Notes: generated by a model from the sequence alone, not told the origin. A stretch of 64,000 nucleotides of DNA from Cyanophora paradoxa CCMP329 (GCA_004431415.1 QPMI01000294.1:6315-70314); one strand, 5' to 3'. Positions 1-10,469 are shown, counted from the first letter of the stretch. A program made the numbers and translations.

Positions 1-765
1 CGCTCTCTCCCTGTTGTTGGTGGGACAGTTGCTGATAAGACAGAAGATGATGGTCTTGGTGATACTGCTAATGCCACACTTGCCCATGTTGGTCAAAACA
101 TCACCACTTTCAGTCTTGGTGCAACAACCCCTGTCATTTCTATTACTTCTCCTCGCCTTTACATGCATGCTATCAATGTTTCTGATGAGCTTTTCGCTAC
201 TGTAATTGAAAAAGTAAAGACTACTGGCATGGCTATTCCCTCCCTTGATATTGGATTTGTAGATGCTAGTGCTTTCCCTGCCAAGGGCAATGCCCAACCC
301 AATCGAATTAACCTCTCTCAAATCTCAGGTCTTGTATACGCTCTGCTTGTTTCAGTTCGTGATCATGAAACTGTTGACAAATCCAATGGCTCCCACAGTG
401 TTCTTAAGACCTATGCTAACTCCAAAGAGATAACATTCACAACTGAAATAAATGGACAGCGACTTTTTGCCACTGAGCCAATTTCCCTACTCAAAGGTGC
501 TGAGCTAATTGCTGATGCCTTCAAATGCTCTAACATGGATAAGGTTGCTGATCGCTATGTCCTTTCAGGATTGCCTTTCTGCCTTGATGGAGAAAAGGCG
601 ATTCGAAATATTGCCCAGTCTGGTTATGTTGATTTAACAAATTCCTCCTCTTCATTCCTCACCCTCTACATGCCTTCAGATAAGGTAATCGATGTTAATG
701 TTCGCGCTCTCATGCATAGCTTTATTATTGTCGACAAAGATGGTCTGAGACGTATCAATCTTTAA
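1..765 (+). CDS. Major capsid protein (double jelly-roll), C-terminal part, 5' truncated by the window
   Basis: Frame 1 is open from base 1 to TAA at 765. It aligns with the PLV-2 MCP (QISGLVYALLVSVRD vs NVSGLVHSILMTVRE; GYVDLTNSSSSFLTL vs GYQDFFNSSSSYMDL) and lies next to the ATPase. Confidence 0.75.
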   Translation, partial: RSLPVVGGTVADKTEDDGLGDTANATLAHVGQNITTFSLGATTPVISITSPRLYMHAINVSDELFATVIEKVKTTGMAIPSLDIGFVDASAFPAKGNAQPNRINLSQISGLVYALLVSVRDHETVDKSNGSHSVLKTYANSKEITFTTEINGQRLFATEPISLLKGAELIADAFKCSNMDKVADRYVLSGLPFCLDGEKAIRNIAQSGYVDLTNSSSSFLTLYMPSDKVIDVNVRALMHSFIIVDKDGLRRINL

Positions 766-829
766 ATGTTACCATTTTCAGTCTCCCTGCATTATTTTTA
801 TCTGTCTTTATTTAGGAAGATCTACAACA

Positions 830-1624
830 ATGACTATACCAAGTTCTGATCTGGATGAATTTGTGGCTGGTGAAATGATAGAACCCCCTTTCAGACTACT
901 CATACTAGGTAAAAGTGGATGCGGAAAAACTGAAGCCGTAAAATATTATTTGAAACAGCTGCATGATGCCAAAAAGATTGATACAACCCTTATTATATCC
1001 GCTACCTCATTCTCACATTTCTGGGACAAAGCTGCTACTGTTCAACTGGGTGCATGGGATCCCCAATACATGTCGAAAATTATAAAAGAAAGAGAGGCAA
1101 AAAGGGAGAAAGGAGAAGAACTTAACCATATGCTGGTGATTTTAGAGGATATGATAGAAAATGACCAGCTGGATCTCAGTCGAGATAAAACAGTTGGAAT
1201 GCTTTATGTTCGTGGCAGACATGTGAATATATCAATTATAACTATCTCTCAGAAATTACGAAAGGTTGCAAGTGTAATTCGCTGCAATAGTGATATAGTA
1301 ATTATGGTTTGTGCAAGCAATCAAAAAGAGCTGGAAGCATTTGCAGAGGAGTTTTCAACTTTTCCTCGCAAAGAAGATTTCTATCAACTGTTTGAAGAGT
1401 ATGTCCACTCATATCAATTCCTTGTTTATACATCTTTCAAGTATAATGTGGGCTACTATGTTGATAAAGCCGATTTAGTTGGAGATTTCGATTTTCCTCG
1501 CTTCCACAGGAAGCCCAAGAAGAAAGAAGATGAACTGAAACCACCAGAAAAAGAGGAAGCCCCTAAAGAAGTGAAAAGCCAAGTCCATAGCAATAAATTG
1601 ATGCGATATAAACGCGGTTTATAA
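830..1624 (+). CDS. A32-like (FtsK/HerA) genome packaging ATPase
   Basis: Walker A GKSGCGKT, Walker B VILED, and the RGRHVNIS / ISQ / IRCN motifs typical of A32-like ATPases. Confidence 0.92.
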   Translation: MTIPSSDLDEFVAGEMIEPPFRLLILGKSGCGKTEAVKYYLKQLHDAKKIDTTLIISATSFSHFWDKAATVQLGAWDPQYMSKIIKEREAKREKGEELNHMLVILEDMIENDQLDLSRDKTVGMLYVRGRHVNISIITISQKLRKVASVIRCNSDIVIMVCASNQKELEAFAEEFSTFPRKEDFYQLFEEYVHSYQFLVYTSFKYNVGYYVDKADLVGDFDFPRFHRKPKKKEDELKPPEKEEAPKEVKSQVHSNKLMRYKRGL

Positions 1625-1652
1625 AATTATCTCTCATTCTAATAAAGATACA

Positions 1653-2387
1653 ATGCCTCCCAAACGAAAGATAGGGATCCCAGCTGGGGCTGTTGGCTAT
1701 TCAGGTGGTGGAAACAATGGATCCATTAATACTGAACCAATGAAATTCAATGGTATGAATGAGGTGAAGCCCTCACAGCAAGAAGAGGACCCTCTTAATG
1801 CTGCCTATGAGGAATCAGTCGATGACAAAGCCCCACAGGCTTCAACCAGTGACCAACTCAACATCTCACCAGAAGCTTCGAAAATGAAAGCTGTTGCTGA
1901 GGGTGCCAGGCGAATTATTGGTGCTGCTGATGATAAAGGTTTAGGCTTGCAAGATCTATCACTGGCTCGCAAAGGTGAAGGTCTTAGTAAGGAATCAGAC
2001 AAGGTAATCCAGTCTATGGCTGGTGAAGTCACATATAAGACTGCTCCCACTCAAAATATTCATCGAATTCCAAAGGCTCAATGGGATGAGATGACTGCTA
2101 AACTCAAAGATCTGGAAGCCAAATCAAGTGCCTTGGAGCAGTATGTTACTGAGAAGAAAGAGAGATCCAAGCTAAAGGAGATGCTTCGAAAGGAAGTTTA
2201 TAAAATGGGCATTACTGGTGTCCCAGATAAACAGTTTATTGCTAAGAAAGAGAACCAAATTGATGAGCAGGCAGTAGATGAAATGAAAACAAAGACCCAG
2301 AAGGGAACTATTGAACCTGGTGCCACCAAAGCTGAAGTCGAAAAGGGAGTAGCCCCAACAGTATATAAAAGACGAGTTTGGCTTTAA
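1653..2387 (+). CDS. Hypothetical charged/coiled-coil viral protein (244 aa)
   Basis: Intact ORF in the structural module with a basic N-terminus (MPPKRK). No recognised domain. Confidence 0.7.
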   Translation: MPPKRKIGIPAGAVGYSGGGNNGSINTEPMKFNGMNEVKPSQQEEDPLNAAYEESVDDKAPQASTSDQLNISPEASKMKAVAEGARRIIGAADDKGLGLQDLSLARKGEGLSKESDKVIQSMAGEVTYKTAPTQNIHRIPKAQWDEMTAKLKDLEAKSSALEQYVTEKKERSKLKEMLRKEVYKMGITGVPDKQFIAKKENQIDEQAVDEMKTKTQKGTIEPGATKAEVEKGVAPTVYKRRVWL

Positions 2388-2408
2388 TTTTCTCTGTTTA
2401 TTAGAGAC

Positions 2409-2681
2409 ATGGATATAATACGAAAGTTTATTGAGATGCTCAGTCTGCATGTGGTGAGCAATTGCCACAGTGGATGCTGTGACACAACAATAGAGTTTGA
2501 GATGTCAGATACTGAGGATAATGTATCTGAGGCAAGAGAGAGAAGGAGATCAACAGTTTCAGTGGAGTCAATGCCAGCAGACCCCACAGAGTATACATAT
2601 GAGCAACAGGAGTATCCAAGGAGAAGTTCTTTACCAGGCGAAAACGTTTTCTCAGCAAATATTAATGGAGGATACAATTAG
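2409..2681 (+). CDS. Hypothetical small viral protein (90 aa)
   Basis: Tightly packed ORF with a CHSGCC motif and an acidic tail. Confidence 0.5.
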   Translation: MDIIRKFIEMLSLHVVSNCHSGCCDTTIEFEMSDTEDNVSEARERRRSTVSVESMPADPTEYTYEQQEYPRRSSLPGENVFSANINGGYN

Positions 2682-2910
2682 TTTGATCGAGTTTACTAGT
2701 GATGAGCCTTTAACTGAGGGTGCTATTAGACACATTCTAGCAAAGCAGAAACGATATAGAGAGGACCCAGCATATAGAGAGTATAAGAAACAACAAGCCC
2801 TGGCATCCTATTATCGCAGAAAAGCCCAAAAAGAGGAGCAGAGACCCAGAGGGAGACCGATTAAATATTATTTGCCAACTGAAAGTAGCAATGGACCCCC
2901 AGGTCTATAA
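2665..2910 (+). CDS. Small basic protein with AT-hook-like motif
   Basis: ATG at 2665 (MEDTISL...). A basic helix (YREDPAYREYKKQQALASYYRRK) is followed by RPRGRP. Confidence 0.55.
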   Translation: MEDTISLIEFTSDEPLTEGAIRHILAKQKRYREDPAYREYKKQQALASYYRRKAQKEEQRPRGRPIKYYLPTESSNGPPGL

Positions 2911-2997
2911 GATAATTGAGAAAAAGCGGTCTCAGTATGCAACTGAGGCAGCTATAAAAATATATACAAAGGAATTGGCTTTATACTTGCAATCAAG

Positions 2998-3219
2998 TCA
3001 CAGATAACTTTTGTAAATATGCTTTTGTTGTTTTTTGTTTGCATTCTCAGACACTGAAACAGTTATGTGAATGTTTACTGATCTATTTCTCTTTGGTTTT
3101 GTTGCATACATATTGTAACCTTTTAATCTCTGTGACATTTCGATATATGCCCCTATATCTCCATGCTTTATGCATTTATCTAACTCAGTCATGGTCATCT
3201 CATCAAGAGTCTTTGCCAT
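2998..3219 (-). CDS. Hypothetical small protein (73 aa)
   Basis: ATG at 3219 (MAKTLDEM...). The upstream part of the listed ORF is the translated repeat hairpin. Confidence 0.35.
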   Translation of the reverse strand: MAKTLDEMTMTELDKCIKHGDIGAYIEMSQRLKGYNMYATKPKRNRSVNIHITVSVSENANKKQQKHIYKSYL

Positions 3220-3286
3220 TTTGTCTTCACTATACACAATCAAGTAAGCCTTAAGTATTCTTGTCAAATTTTGGTCTTTTTCGATC

Positions 3287-3398
3287 GGTGTCACAGGTGT
3301 CACAGGTGTCACAGGTCTATCCCACCGATTTTCAAAATCATTTTTTATGTTTGACTTTCCCTGGGATGGACCTGTGACACCTGTGAACAACACCATTT
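3287..3398. repeat. Iteron-like hairpin copy A: (GGTGTCACA)x3-GGTCTATCCCA ... TGGGATGGACC-(TGTGACACC)
   Basis: 9-bp tandem repeats arranged as an inverted pair about 50 bp downstream of the helicase stop codon. Confidence 0.85.
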
Positions 3399-3449
3399 CC
3401 AGTAAGGCTATAAACATTACATATACAAATCAATCATTTATCGTTTTGT

Positions 3450-5701
3450 TTAATATTCAACATCCTCTCCATTGTCTTCTTGAACCCTTGTTATCTTTCG
3501 AAGTCCAATGTAGCCCCTTGCTCTGGTTCCATGAATTCGTTTAACCTCTGATTTAACATTGAAGATTTCCCTTACTCTTTTCATAACAGATACACATTCA
3601 ACTTTATCATCTACACTTTTGTATGATCTGTAAATGATATCACTGGAAACAAAGTCGTTAGCATTATGTGTAACCTCGAAATTATCTCGAAGCCATTCAC
3701 CAATCTTGTCATTTTCAGCTATAAAGTTAATTCCCTGTTCAATAATCGATTGAGGGGGACTTCTTAAGATCTCTTCAACCTCTTTGTTCTTCCACATATC
3801 CAGTAATATCTTCATGTGAGCCATCTTATACTCATCATCATTGTGAAGAAGTGTGAACAGAGTTGGATCAGCTTTCTTCTGACCAGCTTCAGGCTTCTCT
3901 CTGAAAATATTGTTGAATCTCTGGTATGAAAGTCTTCTTTGAATTGCGAAGTCTGGTTTATTAATAGTCAAATTGTCATTAGTTGTAATGTAGACCTGAA
4001 ACATTGGGGTAAGGATAACTGGATCTTTGAACAAGGCTCTCACAGTCATTTCATTTCCACCTGTGACCTCCTTAATCTTGGAGATCTGCAGTTTATCACC
4101 ATCTTCAGCCTCATTACTGAATACAAGTCGCTTTCCAAGGAGTTTGGCAAGTTCAGGAGTAGCCTCTGATGAGTTCTTTTTAGGCTTAGTCCAATAGGAT
4201 ATTTCGAGAGGGCTGTAATAACGACCAGATATCTGTTTGCAGTATTCCTGAACAAGTGATTTACCATTAGCACCAGCACCAGTCCACATATAGAACTTCT
4301 GGGATTTAGTTGATCCACTAAGGGCAATTGCAATGGATGCCAGAAGATACTTTCGCTCTGCTGGATCATCCACAATCTCTTTATAAATCTGATTTAGATG
4401 CTCTATTTCTTGGGGTCTACATTTTCAGTATAGTCATAACCCACAGTCTTGCTCACCATATCTTCCAGTTTACCCTTTCTGAAAGTCATAGTGGTCAGAT
4501 CAAATACACCATTTTCGAATCCAATCACATATGGAACAGTGTCAATCTTCTCAAAGAATTCATCATCATTCAGCAGTGGGACCAAGTCAGTCAGAAGGGA
4601 TTTGCGAAATCCTGATTGTTTAAGGTTTTTGGCAATGGTCATCAATGTTTTGGATCTTTCTTCGAAAGTTGCTTTGTTTTCCTCATCCTTTAAAGCTCTT
4701 TGACTATAATGCACAGCCCTTCCAAGGTATTGGGGGACAACAAGACGGCTTATATCTAGGTAAATCTTTAGGTTTGTGTCATCATGCTCCCAAATCCCAG
4801 TATCAGTATTGAGTTTGAACCATGACTTTTTGGAGTATCTCCATGTATGTTTAAGAACCTCTTTGCATACTAAACTCACATCATAATGAGCGCCACCAGA
4901 ACCAGCGGATTTATCTATAAGATTGAAGATATCAGATTGCATTCCAATGCAGATGAATCGTTTTTTGCAATTTCCACTGTAGCTTGACACAATGTATTTG
5001 TTATCATCTCCTTTAGCTTTCATAACATACCAGTTATTCGATTCATGTGAACCATTGCAGCATGGGCAATTGAGTCCCTTGTTAGCAGCATCAAAGTTAA
5101 AGCCAAGTTCAGTTTTAGAGATTATATTGGGATGCATAAATCCCATATCCACCAGCTCTTTGATAATATTGTTTTCCAGTTCATCATGTGAGGTAGCATT
5201 AGCAGTATACTCACTCTTATAGATGTAGTTATCTATTATCCACTTTTTGAAGTCATCAGTAGGCTCATTGAAATCACAGGTATCATCCCATGGGGAGATC
5301 ACCCAAGCCTTGTTCACACTGGGACACACATTGATCAGTCCAGAAGTTCCAGTTCCAGTGATTGTTTTCAGGTCAACCTTCTCAAAGCCTTTAAAGCCTG
5401 GAGCCTTATCGGTAATTTTGAGTTTATTGAACTCCTCAGGTCGTTTAAAGTAGACATGATAGCCTTTTTTAGTTTTTGCCATGGGCTGATTGGCATCAAA
5501 GTCATCAGGAAACATATCCCGGAATTTCTCAAAGTCCTCCTCATCATCAAAGTCAATAACCATCATGTTGTCTGAGAGCAGAATGCCCCAAGATACATAC
5601 TGATTAGTTGCCAGCGCTTCCTCATACTTTTCCCAGGACCATGCACCTCCCTTATGCTTGAAAACAGGGTCTTTGCTGTCAGGTTTCACTGGGATAATCA
5701 T
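3450..5701 (-). CDS. Primase-helicase: bifunctional primase/polymerase N-domain, Zn finger, D5_N and SF3 (D5-like) helicase; one frameshift near 4405
   Basis: VIDFD and TKKGYHVYF (AEP prim-pol), CPCC..H..C, IGFENGVFDL (D5_N), Walker A GAGANGKS, and FSNE / ITTN / AIQRR motifs. ORFs 4403-5701 and 3450-4373 join if one A is restored in an A-run (DPKKIEHL). Confidence 0.9.
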
Positions 5702-5795
5702 GTTTTTGGACAGTTCCTCATCAGATCTGAGCCAGTTAGCGAGCGATTTGAGCGATTAAGTCTGTTTGGCGTTCATTTTCAGCGATCGGGGTCCC

Positions 5796-5832
5796 TTTTA
5801 TATATATAGAAGATTTTTCTTTAAGTAGTTTT
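5796..5832 (-). promoter_or_regulatory. Putative viral promoter AAAACTACTTAAAGA-N-TATATATAAAA
   Basis: Near-identical to 7120-7156. Lies upstream of the primase-helicase. Confidence 0.7.
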
Positions 5833-5988
5833 GGGTCCCCCAATCATTTTTTGTTGGAAATCGAGAAAGTATTCCTACGAAATATTTCCACACGACTTAT
5901 CGAGTGGTTTAGATACAAAAAGAATGAATGGGTATTTCAGCGAATAAACAGCATATCCCCAGCCTAGTAATATGCTGGGAAAAATAAT

Positions 5989-6243
5989 TTAGACATGTTT
6001 CAATTTTCTCCCTCTATTTGAGTAAGGGACATCATACAAATACTTGACAAAGCAGACTGCATTGGCTGCATACTTTCGCTGACATGAACTTGCTATTTTC
6101 ATTGCTCTATAGGTATCATCGGTTTGATATAGATCTCTTAGCTGTGTGGCTATTTTTTCGTTAAACTTTTTGATTTGAGCCTTACCTTTTTCAGTTTGCT
6201 GATATCTTTTCATAGCTCTCTTCTGGGCTTCACTGAGTGGCAT
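5989..6243 (-). CDS. Conserved small basic protein (84 aa) shared with PLV-2
   Basis: 57/84 identical residues to ORF 38155-38412 by manual alignment. Confidence 0.85.
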   Translation of the reverse strand: MPLSEAQKRAMKRYQQTEKGKAQIKKFNEKIATQLRDLYQTDDTYRAMKIASSCQRKYAANAVCFVKYLYDVPYSNRGRKLKHV

Positions 6244-6259
6244 TTTTCCTCTGTCTCTC

Positions 6260-6294
6260 TTAATATATATAGAGAATTCTTTAAATCATTTTTT
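6260..6294 (-). promoter_or_regulatory. Putative viral promoter (AAAAAATGATTTAAAGA-N-TATATATTAA)
   Basis: Variant of the same bipartite motif, about 17 nt upstream of ATG 6243. Confidence 0.6.
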
Positions 6295-6299
6295 GTTCT

Positions 6300-7114
6300 C
6301 TAACCTCTTTGTCCAAATTGCTCAATATACATAAGTTTGAAATGCTTACCTAGCAATGCTACAAATGGTTCGATTTCCAAGGTCTCCCATGTTTTCTTGT
6401 CCTTATTCCATCTGCAATCTAATCCTTTTGCGATATCTTTTTTAAGATAAGGCACCTGAAACCCAGCAACCAATGTATTTGTTGTACTGAGTTCTGCATA
6501 CATTTCAATCAATGCAGATCTGCCCTCTCTGAACCTCTCTATATCATCTCTGCGAAGATTATCCATTTTCGGAATAAATTGGTTGCACCAAATCAGGAAA
6601 AGATTAACTGCATGTTTATTCCTTGCTCTTTCTTGTTCTAATTCTCTCTCTCTTCGCTCTCTTTCTTCTAATTCAAGCTGCCTCTTTCGAGCTTCCTCCT
6701 GTTTTTCAAGTTCTCTTTTCTTTCCAGTTCTTCTTGCTTTAAAGCGATTCTGCACTTATTACAGAAATTATCCTTTCGGTTTTTATGCCGATCTCCACAT
6801 CTTTCACATATATCTTGACCTCTGGCACCCTTCGGAATAAATCGTAAAATGCAGCAATTCCCAACAATGACCACAATCTTTTTATTAACATGCAGAATAT
6901 AGCATTGCTCTTTAATTGGATGATCACAGGCGCAATGCTCAGACTCTGGAGGCAGGTCATAGTCACTTAATCCATATTTTGCAAGCTTTGCCCAAAGAGG
7001 GAGCGGTTTCCTGTTACTTCCAAGAGCAACATAATCATTGAAGTTATCAGATCCACAAAGCAACATTAAAGCCGCTTTGAGCTTTTCCAGGCAATACGAT
7101 TTCTTCTCTGCCAT
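6300..7114 (-). CDS. Cys/His-rich Zn-finger, coiled coil and DUF5710-like protein; frameshift near 6720
   Basis: CACDHPI..C..VGNCCI and CERC..CNKC motifs, C-terminal VPYLKKDIAKGLDCRWNKDKKTW. The two ORFs join by one A in an A-run. Confidence 0.7.
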
Positions 7115-7119
7115 TGTCC

Positions 7120-7156
7120 TTTTATATATATAGAAGATATTTCTTTAAGTAGTTTT
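7120..7156 (-). promoter_or_regulatory. Putative viral promoter AAAACTACTTAAAGA-N-TATATATAAAA
   Basis: Lies directly upstream of ATG 7114. One mismatch to the copy at 5796-5832. Confidence 0.7.
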
Positions 7157-7223
7157 CATCAAATTTTGTGTTCAGAATTCCCCATTTACAACCTCCCCTT
7201 TTAGTAGGAACAAGTTAGGAACA

Positions 7224-10200
7224 ATGCCCCGAATTAGCAACAGACTCATTAGAGAGAAGAAATGGGAACTTATGGGATTACTGGGAACACTGTATGCAGC
7301 CCATGAAATCACAGAGGCTGAATATGACCGGGAAATCGGATTTATTTCAAGGGGCAGACCCACTTTAGCAAAATTAACCAGAAAAGCCAATAACCTCTAT
7401 GACAAAGTTGAGACTCTTGATGAACTCGATCGCCTGAGGCAAATAGAACCAGAGGCAGAAGATGGCACAGCCATGAATGAATTATATCGCTGGCTCACAT
7501 ACAGAGCCAGAAGGGAAGTTGTTGTTGATGTGATTGAATATTTAGATAGAATTGCAACCTCTCTACCAAAACGTTTAAGGATAGTCTAGATCAATTCAGG
7601 GCAATCAAGGTTCGCTTATCGTTTATCTGCAAGTTCGTAAAAGTCAGCAATCCACAGGTTTGGATATCGAAATACATTTACAGCGATTATTTTGTATTAA
7701 CCAAATCGAGAAATATTCGAACTGAGCTGAATAAAGCAGCCCAAATGTGTCAGGAACAGATGAATGTTGTTGATAGCTATCGATTGGAGAGAATCGAAAT
7801 GCTAAGAGTTGCTATTATGAGTTATGCCCCAACTGGTGGCTGCTATGTTAAAACACCAGAATCAATTGCAGCCAAGAGAGCCACAGTGAATATTCGAAAT
7901 ATTGATGATTCTTGCTTTGAAAATGCCATTTTGGCATGGATCCATAGGAAAGATGTAAATTCCCACAAGAGAAGTGAGCTTACACAATATCGCAAATGGA
8001 AATACTCACCAACCACATACAATCCTTTGGCTCTCAATTTCGACAATATCCATTCCCTGTTCCTTGTGATGCTGAAATCATTGATAAATTCGAATCTCAA
8101 AATGCAGGCATCAGCATAAACATATTTGGAATGGATGGAGATGTTATATATCCCTACATCAATCCAGCAACCCAGGCAGAAAGCAAAAGATTAATCTAAT
8201 GCTCATTCATGATGATGAAGGGAATGGTCACTATATTACAATCATGTCCCTTTCAAGACTTCTCAGAGTTGCCCTTGATAAAACCAAGGATCAAAAGTTA
8301 CACTACTGTGATACATGCTTGTCTCGATTCAGGTCTGAGGCTAAGCTAACTGCTCATGTGGATTCAAACAGATGCATTGATTGGAGACTCTCAAAGGGAA
8401 TCACACCTAAACCTGAAACCACCATAGAGTTTGGACTGAAAAACCTTAGGAAAACTGTCTGGCTTCCTGTTGTGGTTTACTGCAAGATTGAACATAGAAG
8501 CATCCCCATTGATGCATCGAAATCTAAGAGGGAAGTTTCAGCAGTCAACCTTAGAATAGTCACTGGGGCAGATGTTCAAGATTTTCGATTTGAGGGGCAT
8601 GATCCAATGGGAGGTCTGTTTGAATGCTTGGAATCCAAAGCAAGAGAGCTAATCGATTTCCTGTTCACCAATATTCCCATGAATGAACTCACAGATGAGC
8701 AAAAGGCTGTTTACAGGGCTACTAAACACTGTTACCTTTGCAGTGAGAGGTTCACCAAGGAAAACTTCAAATGCAGGGATCATGATCACCACACAGGTAA
8801 TTACATTGCACCTGCATGCAGAAACTGTAATCTACATAGGAGAATCTCAAAGCAAACCAAAGTTGCAGTTGTTGTTGACCAAATGGATGAATGTGGGACA
8901 TTCATTTTCAGAAAAATAGCAGGCATGGGTGATAAAAAGCGAATCGAAATCCTTTCGAAAAACTTTGATCAATACCTTTCATTGCAATGGGGTCTTTACA
9001 AGTTCATTGATGCAAGTAATTTCATGGACTTTGGGGCTGCTGATGTAGATGAGTTAATGAGCAAATTCCAAGCTTTCAGAAGGCTCTCACACTCAGTATA
9101 TGGACTTGACCCAGTTCATTATGTATCTGCACCTGGGTTATCTTGGGATGCTATGCTTAGGACCACCAAGGCAAAAATAGAGCTTATAAGTGATGTAGAG
9201 CAATACGAATTTGTTGAGAGGGGAATCAGGGGTGGCTTTGCAACAATGCCTTGTAGGTATGCTGAGGCTGATGGTGAAAACTCCCACATTATGCTGTTTG
9301 ATGCTAACAACTTGTATGGCTACTGTTTGAGTCAGCCAATCCCAGTTGGTGATTTTAGATGGGAGACCGAATTCAACCCACAAGATAACAGATCCAGTTT
9401 CCTGGAAGTTGATCTGGATTACCCAATTAGGCTATATCTAGACCACAGTGATTTCCCCCTAATTATTAACAAGAAAATAGTAGAATATGCAGAATTATCA
9501 CAATATCAAAAGAGCCTATTAGATCTCTCAGGAGAAGAGCTTGATAAGACCCCTAAGCTAACTGCAACCTTTGGTTCTGTGACCAACTATGTGATTTCTG
9601 AGCCTCTTCTACAGTATCTGTTGGACAAAGGGGTGAAACTAAAGAAGGTTCACAGGGTCCTATCATTTACTGTGGCTCCTGTAATGAAACCCTACATTGA
9701 GCTGAACACTGAGATGAGAAGGAAAGCAGTGAATAAATTCGAGGCTGATTTCTATAAGCTCATGAATAATTCAATATATGGAAAATGCATTGAATCATGT
9801 AGAGGTAGATCTGTGGTTAAGATTGCAAACAGTGAGAAACTGTTTATGAAATATGCAGCCTCTCCTTTAGTGAAATCAACAAGTCCCATAAGTGAAAGGG
9901 CAGTTGCATTTGAGTTTTACACAAAACATGTGAAGCTAGATAAGCCTGTTGCAATTGGGGCTTATGTTTTGGATGCTGCCAAACTGCATAATTACCAGTT
10001 CTTCTATGATACTGTAAGGTCCCAGTGGTCAAAAGCAAAGTTACTATTCCATGATACTGATTCCTTTTGTCTATATATCGAATCTAAGACCTTACAAAAA
10101 GATATAGAGAATATATCCTATGCATTAGACCTTGGAGGTGATTCCAGAATGACCCCAGGTAAATACAAAAATGAGATGCCAGGTTCTGCTATATTGGAGT

Positions 10201-10466
10201 ATGTGGGTCTAAGAGCCAAAGTTTACAGTTTCAGAACTGCTGAGATTGAGAGAAGTAAGCTCTCTGGGACTTCCACTGAGGAACTCCAATTTAATGATTT
10301 TAAGCAGTGTTTATTTGCAGGTATCAGCAAGACTGTGACTGCAAAGCAGAAGAGAAGGGCAGATCACACAATAATAGATACTGTGAGTAGAAGGGTTGCC
10401 CTAAACTGCTTTGATGCAAAGAGATACATCTTACCAGATGGTATTAATTCTGTTCCTTTTAATTAA
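7224..10466 (+). CDS. Protein-primed family B DNA polymerase (putative TP region, vOTU-like domain, EndoVII-like Zn finger); three frameshifts near 7570, 8050 and 8187
   Basis: Polymerase motifs FDANNLYG, KLMNNSIYGK, HDTDS and LRAKVY; CYLC..RDHDHHTG..CRNCN. The N-terminal fragments are collinear with the PLV-2 pPolB (MPRISNR vs MPRPSNR; NIDDSCF vs NEDQECF). Confidence 0.93.
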
Positions 10467-10469
10467 GAG

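Noticed and set aside
14-205. 63-aa hydrophobic ORF
   Set aside because: It is a shadow frame of the MCP, which is open in frame 1 from base 1.
3220-3417. N-terminal part of ORF 2998-3417 with PVTPVTPVTP
   Set aside because: This is the translation of the 9-bp DNA iterons, not a credible protein repeat.
5702-5776. In-frame upstream ATG (5776) separated from the primase ORF by one TAA, suggesting readthrough or an alternative code
   Set aside because: A single instance. TAA terminates the other viral genes normally, so an error or mutation is more likely.
7224-8199. Programmed frameshifting or separate small genes ahead of pPolB
   Set aside because: The breaks fall at different positions in the two homologous polymerases and all lie in homopolymer runs.
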